A stretch of DNA of 64,000 nt from Candidatus Pacearchaeota archaeon (lineage in GTDB: Archaea > Nanobdellota > Nanobdellia > Pacearchaeales > UBA284): positions 240,168 through 304,167 of the forward strand of contig JAVZYK010000001.1 of assembly GCA_038886195.1 (NCBI GenBank), in the 5' to 3' direction. Under the pieces are notes generated by a model. It saw nothing but the letters and a program-made list of their open reading frames with translations, was not told the origin of the DNA and searched no databases. Below, one piece after another: positions 17,862 through 27,103 of the stretch (the stretch's first letter is position 1; each line of letters begins with the position of its first letter). The position numbers were made by a program, and so were the translations under genes.

Positions 17862-20318
17862 ATGCTAACAATAAATTTTATTCCGATAGATTATGATACT
17901 TTTGATTGGCAAGGCCGCAATTATATGAAAATTATTGGAAGAGATGATAAAGGTAAAAGAATCTGCATTGTAGATTATTTTGAACCCTATTTTTGGGCAA
18001 TCTTCAAACAAGGAATAAGCGATAGGAAAATAAAAGAGATCAAAGAAGAAATAAAAAAAATAAAAATAGAACAACCTAGCAGAAAAACAGCAGTGGAAAA
18101 AATTGAACTCCATAATAAAAAATTTCTCGGCCGAGATGTAAAGGCCCTAAAAATTTTTATAACAAATTATAAAGATGCTCATTTTGTAGCTAATAAAATT
18201 AATTTTCCAGAGATTGAAGCTTGCAGAGAATATGATATTAATCCTATAACAAAGTATATAATTGATAAAAAATTTGTACCTTTATCATGGTTTAAAATTT
18301 CTGGAGAAATTCTTAAAGCTGAAGATTTTGGAGGTTTAGTCAATTCTTTAGATGTAGATTTTTGTATTAAACTAACAAAAATCGAAGAAAAAATTAAAGA
18401 AAAAATATTTGAACCAAAAATAATGGCGTTTGACATTGAAGCAGATGAATTCGAAATAGGCAAGGGAGAAATTTTAATGATATCTTTAGTTTCAAAAAAT
18501 TTTAAAAAAGTTTTAACATGGAAAAAAGTTTCTAGAGCTTCAGAATTTATTGAATTTTGTAAAGATGAAGCTGAGATGCTAGAGAAATTTATTAAATATA
18601 TTAAAGAACAAAAACCAGATATAATTGTAGGATATTTTAGCGATGGATTTGATTTGCCTTATTTAAGAGCAAGAGCTGAAAAAAATAAAATAAAACTTGC
18701 TCTTGGCCTTGATAATTCGCAACCTTATTTTTCTCGTGGCCGTATCAATTCTGGAAGAATTTTTGGAATAGTTCATGTTGACTTATTTAGATTTATTGAA
18801 ACAGTATATTCGCAATATTTACAATCTGAAACTTTAGGCTTAAATGAAGTTGCTACTGAAATTCTCGGTGAAGGTAAAAAAGATTTTGACAGTTGGAAGA
18901 AATCTTCTAAATTAAAGGAAAACGAATGGCTCAATTATTTTGAATATAATTTACAAGATTCTATTTTAACGTATAAGTTAGCAGAAAAATTTTGGCCAGA
19001 TATGCTGGAATTTTGCAATATTATTCAAGAGCCTTTGTTTGAAATAACTCGTAAAAGCATGTCGCAGCTTGTTGAAGATTACATCTTACATCATCTTAAT
19101 GAATATAATGAAATAGCCGAAAGAAAACCCTTACATGATGAAATTGAAAGAAGAAGGACTCGAGAAAAATATACTGGAGCTTTCGTTTTACAGCCAACAC
19201 CTGGCCTTTATGAAAATCTTGCTATGTTTGATTTTACGAGCATGTATGCAAGCATCATAGTAACATACAACCTTTCTTTGGCATCATTTAGAGAAAAAAA
19301 AGAACAAAATTGTATAGAAGTAGATTTAGGAAATAAAAAAGTCTATTTTACAAAAAAACCACAATTTTTTTCATTGATGCTTTCAGACATAATAGAAAAA
19401 AGAAAGAAATATAAGCAAGAATATAAACAAGTTCCTTCTGCAATAAATAAAGCGAGGAGCAATGCTTATAAGCTGCTTGCCAATGCGAGTTATGGCTATC
19501 AAGGCTTTTTCGGAGCACGCTATTATTGTGTTGAGGCGGCTGCGGCAACGGCGGCGCTAGCAAGAAAATTCATTTACGACATGATAAGTAAAACAAATGA
19601 AGCAAGCTATAAAGTAATTTATGCTGATACAGATGGCTTTGCTTTTTTATTGCAAAAACATACCAAACAAGAAACTCTTGAATTTTTAAAAAAACTAAAC
19701 TCAGAGCTGCCGGGAATAATGGAATTGGAACTCGAAGATTTTTATGCCAGAGGTATTTGGGTTACGAAACGGACTGGCGAGTTCGGTGCAAAGAAAAAAT
19801 ATGCTTTGATAACAGAAGATGGTAGATTAAAGATAAGAGGATTTGAAACAGTAAGGCGAGATTGGTGTAACCTTGCTAGAAAACTTCAAAACGAAGTACT
19901 TTTAAGGATTTTAAAAGATGGTAATGAAAAAAAGGCTCTTGAATATACTAGAAAAATAATCAAAGATTTAAAAGAAAGAAGAGTGGGAAAAGAAGACATA
20001 ACCATAAGAACTCAACTTAAAAAACCCTTGTCAGAATATAAAGCTATAACTCCTCATGTTATCGCGGCTAAAAAGATGGAAGAGAAAGGCTTACCCATTA
20101 GTGCTGGAATGTTAGTAGAATATTTCATAGCAGAAACTAGAGAAACAAAAAAATTGGTTAGAGAAAAAGTTAAACTTCCAGATGAAGAAGGCGAGTATAG
20201 TATTCAATATTATCTTGAACATCAAATTATTCCTGCTGTTGAGAATATTTTTGAAGTTTTTGGCGTTACAAAAGAAGATCTGATAGAAAAAAAACAAAAA
20301 AAACTGCTGGAATTTTGA
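17862..20318 (+). CDS. polB: family B DNA polymerase
   Basis: 818 aa. Exo motifs FDIEAD and NLQDS. Pol motifs DFTSMYASII (DxxSLYPS), KLLANASYGY and YADTDGF. Confidence 0.92.
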   Translation: MLTINFIPIDYDTFDWQGRNYMKIIGRDDKGKRICIVDYFEPYFWAIFKQGISDRKIKEIKEEIKKIKIEQPSRKTAVEKIELHNKKFLGRDVKALKIFITNYKDAHFVANKINFPEIEACREYDINPITKYIIDKKFVPLSWFKISGEILKAEDFGGLVNSLDVDFCIKLTKIEEKIKEKIFEPKIMAFDIEADEFEIGKGEILMISLVSKNFKKVLTWKKVSRASEFIEFCKDEAEMLEKFIKYIKEQKPDIIVGYFSDGFDLPYLRARAEKNKIKLALGLDNSQPYFSRGRINSGRIFGIVHVDLFRFIETVYSQYLQSETLGLNEVATEILGEGKKDFDSWKKSSKLKENEWLNYFEYNLQDSILTYKLAEKFWPDMLEFCNIIQEPLFEITRKSMSQLVEDYILHHLNEYNEIAERKPLHDEIERRRTREKYTGAFVLQPTPGLYENLAMFDFTSMYASIIVTYNLSLASFREKKEQNCIEVDLGNKKVYFTKKPQFFSLMLSDIIEKRKKYKQEYKQVPSAINKARSNAYKLLANASYGYQGFFGARYYCVEAAAATAALARKFIYDMISKTNEASYKVIYADTDGFAFLLQKHTKQETLEFLKKLNSELPGIMELELEDFYARGIWVTKRTGEFGAKKKYALITEDGRLKIRGFETVRRDWCNLARKLQNEVLLRILKDGNEKKALEYTRKIIKDLKERRVGKEDITIRTQLKKPLSEYKAITPHVIAAKKMEEKGLPISAGMLVEYFIAETRETKKLVREKVKLPDEEGEYSIQYYLEHQIIPAVENIFEVFGVTKEDLIEKKQKKLLEF

Positions 20319-20993
20319 TCAAAACTCGCTTAGTTTCTTTTGACCTTGTTTTTTAATCTCTCGGCCCCAGGTCTGCCATGATTTCCTTATCAATCCCAAT
20401 CTAGCAAGCTCTTTTGCTTTTTGAGTTTTTAAAAATTTAATACAAAGAGGATCTGAAGGATAACCAGAGCCGCATTCAATATTGTATTGTTTTTTTATTT
20501 TCTCAAGTTCTAAATCTCTCGTTACTTTCGCTAAAATTGATGCAGCTGAAACAACAGGATGATTAATATCTGCTTTATGCTCACATTTAAGAATTATTTT
20601 TTCTTTATCTTTTACATTATTTAATAAATAATTTTTCCATGCAATTACGTTATTAGAAGGACAATCTATAATAACCTCTGCCTTATGAATGTTTTTCGTC
20701 AAGATATTTATTATTTCTGCGGCTTTAATTGCCTCTATCTTATTTAAGTTTATTTTCTGTGTTATCAAATCGTCAATTTCTTTAGCTGAAGTTTTTAAAA
20801 CACAATGTGCTGTAACTATTTTTTTAATCTCTCTTGCTAAGAATTCGCGACGATGTGGAGAAAGCAGTTTAGAATCTTTAACTTTAATAAGTTTTAATTT
20901 AGCCTCTTGCTTTTCATCAACCAACACGCCTGCCAAAACCATTGGCCCTATTACTGGGCCTCTCCCAGCATCATCTATTCCTATGTAAAACAT
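20319..20993 (-). CDS. rnhB: ribonuclease HII
   Basis: IGIDDAGRGPVIGPMV at the N-terminus, then DSKLL and SAASILAKV blocks. 224 aa. Confidence 0.9.
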   Translation of the reverse strand: MFYIGIDDAGRGPVIGPMVLAGVLVDEKQEAKLKLIKVKDSKLLSPHRREFLAREIKKIVTAHCVLKTSAKEIDDLITQKINLNKIEAIKAAEIINILTKNIHKAEVIIDCPSNNVIAWKNYLLNNVKDKEKIILKCEHKADINHPVVSAASILAKVTRDLELEKIKKQYNIECGSGYPSDPLCIKFLKTQKAKELARLGLIRKSWQTWGREIKKQGQKKLSEF

Positions 20994-21014
20994 CTTTCTA
21001 CCTCTTTAAAAAAG

Positions 21015-21134
21015 TAGCGGGGGCGGGATTTGAACCACGCGACCTCGAGGTGTCCTCAATCAAGATTTCTGAGCAAATCAAGGAAACCTTGATTTTATGG
21101 GCCTCGCGAGCTAACCAGGCTGCTCCACCCCGCT
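21015..21134 (-). tRNA. tRNA-Met (CAU), initiator-like, with about 44-nt insertion in the anticodon loop
   Basis: Reverse complement folds by hand as AGCGGGG-UG-GAGC-AGCCUGGUUA-GCUC-G-CGAGG-CCCAUA[44 nt]A-CCUCG-AGGUC-GCG(U)GG-UUCAAAU-CCCGC-CCCCGCU-A. It has an A1:U72 pair, and the insertion contains a 9-bp hairpin AAAUCAAGG/CCUUGAUUU. Confidence 0.75.
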
Positions 21135-21218
21135 ATAAAATTAATATGTCGTTAATCTTTTAAATGTTTTCATCTCCGATGTCGAAACATATAAAAAATT
21201 GAAGGCATTTTTATATTG

Positions 21219-22271
21219 ATGTTTAAAAAGAGTGTTAACAAATCTAAAAGAACTAATCAAAAAGCTCAGGTAACGCTTTTTATTATCATTGCCCTTCTTA
21301 TATTGGCGATAATTCTTCTAGTATTTTTTTATTTTAAACCTTTGACGGGCTTAATAAAAGCAGATATAGATAAGCCAGTCTACAAGGACTTAAGATTATG
21401 CATTCAAGAAAAATCTGTAGAAGGGATTTTTCAACTTGGAAAACAAGGAGGCTACTATAACATTAGCAGCCCTTTTGGATATTATTATGAAATCACCTTG
21501 CCTTTTTTCTTTAAAGATGGCAAAAGTCTTCTTCCGCAAATAACTTTTTTTGAAAGAGAATTTTCACAGTACATGGAAACTAAAGTCAAGGAATGTCTGG
21601 CTAACTTAAATAAATTTGAGCAGTATGGCTATACTATTGATATCGAGTTCAACAAAACTAAAGTAATAGCAAACTTTAATGAAAAAACGAATCTAAAGGT
21701 TGACTATTCAGTAAGGGTCTCTAAAAATTCGGCACAAATTTTGCTTAAACCAACTGACTTAACCCTTGATTTTAACTTTCTTGAAAAATACTCTCTTATG
21801 AAAGAGATAATTGAGGAACAAGAAAAAAACCCAAATTCTTTGCCTTTTCTCTTTATCATAGATCTTGCAAAACAAAACCGATTTGACTTTGAATTAATCG
21901 ATCTTAATGACAGCAACTACATCCTTATTCTCTTATTCAACACCACATTAAAGGAAGAGCCGTACAGAATGGCTTTTTTAATAGGTTATAACTTCACAGA
22001 GTTTTCGTCTGAAAAAGAAATCAGCATCGCCCCAATCCCAGAATTTAATATAACACAAGAAGAGATATTTGAATATAAAATTAATGCGACTGGCAAAGAC
22101 CTTAGTTATTATGCCTATACAAATTTATTTAATATAAGCCGTACTGGCCTAATTAAATTTAATACTTCTATATTGCCTAATGGTAGGACGGAGGTATTAA
22201 TAAAAGTGACTGATTTCAAAAATGAAAGTGCTTACGCTTTCATGATCTTTAATGTAAATATTTCAAAATAA
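21219..22271 (+). CDS. secreted or anchored hypothetical protein with class III-like signal peptide
   Basis: ATG at 21219 (the ORF track starts at TTG 21216). N-terminus KRTNQKAQ-VTLFIIIALLILAIILLVFF resembles archaeal prepilin-type signals. No family recognised for the remainder. Confidence 0.5.
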   Translation: MFKKSVNKSKRTNQKAQVTLFIIIALLILAIILLVFFYFKPLTGLIKADIDKPVYKDLRLCIQEKSVEGIFQLGKQGGYYNISSPFGYYYEITLPFFFKDGKSLLPQITFFEREFSQYMETKVKECLANLNKFEQYGYTIDIEFNKTKVIANFNEKTNLKVDYSVRVSKNSAQILLKPTDLTLDFNFLEKYSLMKEIIEEQEKNPNSLPFLFIIDLAKQNRFDFELIDLNDSNYILILLFNTTLKEEPYRMAFLIGYNFTEFSSEKEISIAPIPEFNITQEEIFEYKINATGKDLSYYAYTNLFNISRTGLIKFNTSILPNGRTEVLIKVTDFKNESAYAFMIFNVNISK

Positions 22272-22275
22272 TAAA

Positions 22276-24441
22276 ATGTCCAGGAAACTTTTTACAATTT
22301 TCACATTTCTTTTAGCTATTTATATTCTTGAATTTGTTAGCGCCCAAGTGAATTGGCAGGAAATAGAGCAAAGACCCTCTAAGCTTTATGATATAAAATT
22401 ACTTGAAGCGGCATTCAATGAAGATGCTATAAAAACCGTAAAGATAATTGACCAAAATCCTGAACTACTACAAAGAGAGAAGTTTAAAGAACATGTAATA
22501 AACAAGATAGATGTGCTAGCACGACAAAATATTGCTATTTTAAATAATAATCCTAATGTAAAGAGAGAGTGGTTCTTACATTATGGAATTAAAGATAAAG
22601 GAGGCACACTACAAACATATGATGGAGAAATTGTAACTCTTGCATTTCTACCAGTATCTTTTAATATCCGTGAGCAATCCGGATCTATAGTGAATTATGA
22701 TGATACTCTAATATTGCCAAATAAAGCAGTAATCAGAAGGGGTCTAGTAAGATTAGAAGAAGCTGAAAAAAAAGTTGTAATTTTTAACGGCACTATAGAT
22801 ATTACAAATGCTGAAGAAATAGAACTATCAGCTATAACTTCTGATTATAATTATTGCTCTATAATTGATGGTAAGAAAAAGATTTTTGTAGAAAACAAAG
22901 AAACAAGTTCTTCGAGAACAAATATAATAAAAACAAAGAGCTTCTTATCTATAGAAGGGGAAAATATAGTTCTACTAGAGAAAATAATTATAGATGAAAA
23001 AGAAGAATACCGGCCTTATGCAGAAATTTCTGGAAAAGTAACCTTTGAAGATGATGTTATCTTGCTAGAAAGAGGCGCTTCCTATAAAGATTATTGGTAT
23101 GGTTTAAAGAATGCACATTACAAAGTAAGCAAAAAAACATTTATCTTAAATGAACCGGATGCTTGTAATGAAAAGAAAGTTGAAGAAAGCTGTATTGAAA
23201 CAGACCCTAATAAAGGCACTATAAAAGTAAAGGCAAAAGATAATCACATAAGTATAGAGACCTTTTCACTTTCTCCTTTCAGTACTCTTTATGTCGAACC
23301 AATAATTGATGGAAGCGAGATAATTTTTATTGATAAAGGCATAGCCAAAATAGTTTTTAGCAAAAAACCTTTTACTATCGAGGGTTACCTTCATAGGCTT
23401 TCTACTGATATCTTTTATCAATATTTGTTGAATGGCGAACTGCACGAAATCCAAATAAAAGATGGACTTCTTAAATACTGTTCTTTATGCGAAACTAAAG
23501 GATCAATTTATACAATTGATTTGACAAAATTTCAAACTCAGGAAATTAAGCTTTTTGAAAACTCCTATAAATGGGCAACTTTCGCCCTTAGAGATGAAAG
23601 ATATTCCTCTTTAGGAGGAGCCAAGGGAAAAATAGTTTATGCAGATAAATACAAAACATATGAAAAACAAGTGACCCAGGATCTTGAATCATATAAGAAA
23701 TTAATTTTGCGATTTAAGGAAGGTAACCTTACAGAAAAAAAAGAGTTAAAAAAATTAGTTGAAGAAAGAATAAAAAAATTAGAAGAACAACTCGCGCAAG
23801 AAACAGATGAGAGCAAAAAACAAGAACTAATGAAAGAGATAAGCGAAAGAAAAGGATACATAAGAGATCTTGAGAGGGAAATTAATTTTCTTGAAGAACA
23901 AATTGAAAGAATAAAAAAAATAGAATATGCTTATGATTGTATTGGTTTTGTTCAAGCTGCTTTTATAGAAGGCGAAAAGGCAATGAAAAGACAACCTTAT
24001 AATTGGTATAAAGAAACAGATGGTTTCAAGCTTGTTCAAGAACTAACATCCAGGTATAACCTAAACAAAGTACTGGTGGTTTTTGGTTCTCCATTTAACG
24101 AGACACATTATATTCATGGGGTAACTAAGGACATAGCTCCAATTCCTCCAGAAATCCTGGCAACAAGAACGAAAATCTTATATTTCGAAACAAAGCGAGA
24201 GCGCGACGATTTTCTTAGGACAATTCCACCAGGTTCGCCTTTCCAAAATTATAATATAGATGGCACACCGCACCATAGCGGTATCAAAGGCATTTCAGAT
24301 AGTTCGTTAGAAGCCCACATAGGACAGGATATTGGTTATCTTTCAGAAGATGACATTCAAAGATATAATGATCCCTTAGTTTTTGCATTTCCAGAAAAAA
24401 AGAGATTAACTTTAGATGATTTACAAACAGCAAAAAAATAG
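22276..24441 (+). CDS. large secreted protein with coiled-coil region and NlpC/P60-like C-terminal domain
   Basis: Sec-type signal (FTFLLAIYILEFVSA-Q). C-terminal YDCIGFVQAAF ... PPGSPFQ ... TPHHSGIKG ... EAHIG fits the Cys...His...His order of NlpC/P60 papain-like hydrolases, but with longer spacing. Confidence 0.45.
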   Translation: MSRKLFTIFTFLLAIYILEFVSAQVNWQEIEQRPSKLYDIKLLEAAFNEDAIKTVKIIDQNPELLQREKFKEHVINKIDVLARQNIAILNNNPNVKREWFLHYGIKDKGGTLQTYDGEIVTLAFLPVSFNIREQSGSIVNYDDTLILPNKAVIRRGLVRLEEAEKKVVIFNGTIDITNAEEIELSAITSDYNYCSIIDGKKKIFVENKETSSSRTNIIKTKSFLSIEGENIVLLEKIIIDEKEEYRPYAEISGKVTFEDDVILLERGASYKDYWYGLKNAHYKVSKKTFILNEPDACNEKKVEESCIETDPNKGTIKVKAKDNHISIETFSLSPFSTLYVEPIIDGSEIIFIDKGIAKIVFSKKPFTIEGYLHRLSTDIFYQYLLNGELHEIQIKDGLLKYCSLCETKGSIYTIDLTKFQTQEIKLFENSYKWATFALRDERYSSLGGAKGKIVYADKYKTYEKQVTQDLESYKKLILRFKEGNLTEKKELKKLVEERIKKLEEQLAQETDESKKQELMKEISERKGYIRDLEREINFLEEQIERIKKIEYAYDCIGFVQAAFIEGEKAMKRQPYNWYKETDGFKLVQELTSRYNLNKVLVVFGSPFNETHYIHGVTKDIAPIPPEILATRTKILYFETKRERDDFLRTIPPGSPFQNYNIDGTPHHSGIKGISDSSLEAHIGQDIGYLSEDDIQRYNDPLVFAFPEKKRLTLDDLQTAKK

Positions 24442-24444
24442 CCT

Positions 24445-25095
24445 TCAATTTCTTAATCTAGTAACAAATATTGCTGATGTATTGGTACGTTGAAGCAGTT
24501 TCTCTAGAGGTTCAATAGTTACTTCTGCTGGGGTTTCTTCGTTAGCGAAGGGATTTGCATGCAAAATATTGCTGTGACCTGCGTAAATACCCATGTGCCA
24601 GGGCCAATAACCAGTGCTATCTATGGCTGCTAAAGAATCATCCTCTATTATCTTAAAAGGAGTCAGAAGATAAACTATATCGCCAACTCTCATCCTGTTT
24701 GTTAAATTTTGTATATTGTCTGCAATTACGCCATCCAACCCTTCAACAGGATGGCCTAACTTGCCACTTTTTACAAGCCTGGAAGGATAAACTGAAAGCT
24801 TTTTCCAATCTTTGCCCGTTACATTAGAATAAGCTAAGAATATCAAGCCCATACAATCAAGCTTTTTCTTGCTTCTACCTCCCCAAGCATAAGGCACACC
24901 ACGATACTTTTTAGCAGCATTGAATAGTTTATAGCCTATTGAAGCAGTATCGACATCTGGAATGAAAGAAGAGGAATCAGATAAACACTCAGTTTGCTTA
25001 CTTTCTCCCAGCATTTCATCAAGCTCAGGGTTTTGACTATAGCCATTATCAGAGTTGTTGCCTAAAATCAAAAAAAATAACAAAGCTTTTAACAT
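24445..25095 (-). CDS. NlpC/P60-family cell-wall peptidase
   Basis: GVPYAWGGRSKKKLDCMGLIFLAY, GDIVYL and HMGIYAGHSNILHA are the classic NlpC/P60 blocks. N-terminal hydrophobic signal. Confidence 0.8.
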   Translation of the reverse strand: MLKALLFFLILGNNSDNGYSQNPELDEMLGESKQTECLSDSSSFIPDVDTASIGYKLFNAAKKYRGVPYAWGGRSKKKLDCMGLIFLAYSNVTGKDWKKLSVYPSRLVKSGKLGHPVEGLDGVIADNIQNLTNRMRVGDIVYLLTPFKIIEDDSLAAIDSTGYWPWHMGIYAGHSNILHANPFANEETPAEVTIEPLEKLLQRTNTSAIFVTRLRN

Positions 25096-25161
25096 TTTTA
25101 TTTTGTCACTATTTTATAGTAAAAGCCTTTTATAAATCTTTCTTTAATAATAGAAATAAAA

Positions 25162-25279
25162 TGGGGCTGCCCGGATTCTCAACGGGAAGTCCTTGGGTTG
25201 ATAAGGGCTTGCCCTTATTTTGAACCGGGGTCCCGTGCGCCCTAGGCACGTATACTAGACCAAGCTATACTACAGCCCC
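25162..25279 (-). tRNA. tRNA with about 43-nt insertion in the T-loop; anticodon reads AGG (Pro) in my hand fold
   Basis: Reverse complement: GGGGCUG-UA-GUAU-AGCUUGGUCUA-GUAU-A-CGUGC-CUAGGGC-GCACG-GGAC-CCCGG-[50 nt beginning UUCAAA and ending AAU]-CCGGG-CAGCCCC-A. The insertion contains a perfect 8-bp hairpin AUAAGGGC-AA-GCCCUUAU. Confidence 0.7.
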
Positions 25280-25315
25280 TCTTTTTAATAAATAAAAATG
25301 AGTTTAAATTTTTTT

Positions 25316-26356
25316 TTAATATTTCTTAATTGAAATTATATTTTCAATTTTATCTATTTTAAATTTGACAGGCAGAAATTTTTCTATTACAAAAGCATTT
25401 GTTTTTGCATGTTCTGAAATGCCTGATGTTTTTAATGAACTTTTAGTTAATGCAAGATATGGCAATAGTTGATCTGAAGCATAAATATCAACTGCGGCTT
25501 TTTGTTCAATTTCTTTTAAAAGTTGAACTGCAACTTCGGTTCCTACTTTTTCTGAAGATTTTCTTCTTTCTCCTATTACACTTGAACCTATTACTGAATT
25601 TCTAGTTTCTAACCATATTGTAATTGCTGAGCCTGGACTATAGCTTTCTTCGTATTTGGTTTGAATATCAATAGGTAAATTAAGTCCATTCAATAATTTT
25701 TCAGCTTGTTGAGCTTGTCTATTCGCTACATTTGCTTTTTTTAAGTTCATTGATGCTATTGAAATTCCTTTTATTCTAAGAAACTGGCCACTTTCTATAA
25801 GATTAAATTGTTTTAATTCCATTGGTTCTGCTTTAAAATTTATAATTCCGCCACCCTTCGGAAAGAACCCTCTGCGCACAATTTTTAACGTCGCTCTGTA
25901 ATTGAATTTTCTTAAAAGTGTTAGTAAAATATTATTAATATAATCAATAGAAGGAGCCCCTTTTACATCAGTTCCTCCCCTTATTTCAATTTCTATAGCG
26001 TTATTTATTTTTGTAACAACAGGCATCAAAGCTTGAAGTACTAAAGCTATACTGCCTGCTGTTCCTATGTCGATTTTTAATTTTGTTGTTTTTATTTCAT
26101 TACCTGGCCAAAACCACAACTCCTTTGATCCAATAAAATTTCCTTGAACCTTTGCATTACAAAGTTTCGCTACCGCATCTACACAGCTAAAATGTTGAGC
26201 AGCTAAACCAGGATTTTTTCTTTTAGCTCTAATATTAACAATGTGAAACGCTTTATTAGTTAAAGCACTTAAAGCTAAAGCGGTTCTAATAATTTGGCCG
26301 CTACCAGAACCGTAACTGCCATCTATTTCAACAACCTCTTTTTTTGATTTTTCCAT
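25316..26356 (-). CDS. rtcA: RNA 3'-terminal phosphate cyclase
   Basis: 346 aa. EIDGSYGSGSGQIIRTALALSAL near the N-terminus, and a conserved His context YASDQLLPYLAL near the C-terminus. Overall RtcA length. Confidence 0.85.
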   Translation of the reverse strand: MEKSKKEVVEIDGSYGSGSGQIIRTALALSALTNKAFHIVNIRAKRKNPGLAAQHFSCVDAVAKLCNAKVQGNFIGSKELWFWPGNEIKTTKLKIDIGTAGSIALVLQALMPVVTKINNAIEIEIRGGTDVKGAPSIDYINNILLTLLRKFNYRATLKIVRRGFFPKGGGIINFKAEPMELKQFNLIESGQFLRIKGISIASMNLKKANVANRQAQQAEKLLNGLNLPIDIQTKYEESYSPGSAITIWLETRNSVIGSSVIGERRKSSEKVGTEVAVQLLKEIEQKAAVDIYASDQLLPYLALTKSSLKTSGISEHAKTNAFVIEKFLPVKFKIDKIENIISIKKY

Positions 26357-26390
26357 ATAAATTTTTAAATAATTTTTACTTTAATATTTT

Positions 26391-26627
26391 ATGTCAGGTC
26401 CAGGCGAAGGAAAGCATCTTTTAAAAAAGGTTAAAGTCTATTTACATGAACAAGGTAAAAGCAATGCAAGAATCACTCATATTGATATAGAATCGCCAGA
26501 AATTGCTGAAATCATTAAAGAAGGCGAAGCCACATATTGTGCTGGCAAACGAGGCGGATGCTTTATTGGTTTAAAAAAAGAAATGCTTGAAAGAGCTAGA
26601 AAAATTATTGAGAAAAAGAAAAAATGA
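26391..26627 (+). CDS. hypothetical small protein (78 aa)
   Basis: Intact ORF divergent from rtcA. No motif recognised. Confidence 0.4.
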   Translation: MSGPGEGKHLLKKVKVYLHEQGKSNARITHIDIESPEIAEIIKEGEATYCAGKRGGCFIGLKKEMLERARKIIEKKKK

Positions 26628-26975
26628 ATTTAAATAAAAAAATAGGAGAATTTTTTGAAATAAGTGCCAATGTAAATTTAATTCCATTATTCCCTATCTT
26701 AGTTCTGCAGCGCTTTCCTTTTACAACATTATCGACGGGAATAATAATCGTGATGGTCTTTTAAATGGAATTGCGGCCGCTTCGTTAATTCTTGGTTTAT
26801 GTATTTCTAGTATCAGTTATAAAATCTATAAAAAAATCGAACAAAATCCAGAAGAAATAGAGAAATTAGAGCAGATTACGAGCAACAAACTAATAAGAAA
26901 TGCAATCGAGTATTACAGAAAAGCGAAGGCTAGTAAAAATAAACTTTAAAAGTATATGGCTCTTTACAATTTTAA

Positions 26976-27058
26976 GCCGGGATGGCCCAATGGTACGGCG
27001 CAGGTTTGCTAAACCTGTTTCCCTCGTGGATTTCTGGGTTCGAATCCCAGTCCCGGCG
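26976..27058 (+). tRNA. tRNA-Ser (GCU)
   Basis: GCCGGGA-UG-GCC-CAAUGGUAC-GGC-G-CAGGU-UUGCUAA-ACCUG-[16-nt variable arm UUUCCCUCGUGGAUUU]-CUGGG-UUCGAAU-CCCAG-UCCCGGC-G. Uninterrupted class II tRNA. Confidence 0.9.
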
Positions 27059-27103
27059 TTTCCTACTCGCAAGATTTTTAAATTGCTTTTAGCTTAGACT
27101 AAA

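Noticed and set aside
20942-21163. 73-aa ORF across the tRNA-Met gene; also 26890..27072 and 26900..27097 across tRNA-Ser
   Set aside because: They are fully explained by the overlapping tRNA genes. Their translations have no protein-like features.
21135-25161. Calling the tRNA-flanked segment an integrated mobile element
   Set aside because: I found no integrase, transposase, phage or plasmid genes and no direct repeat of a tRNA 3' end by eye. I report it only as a possible laterally acquired gene set.
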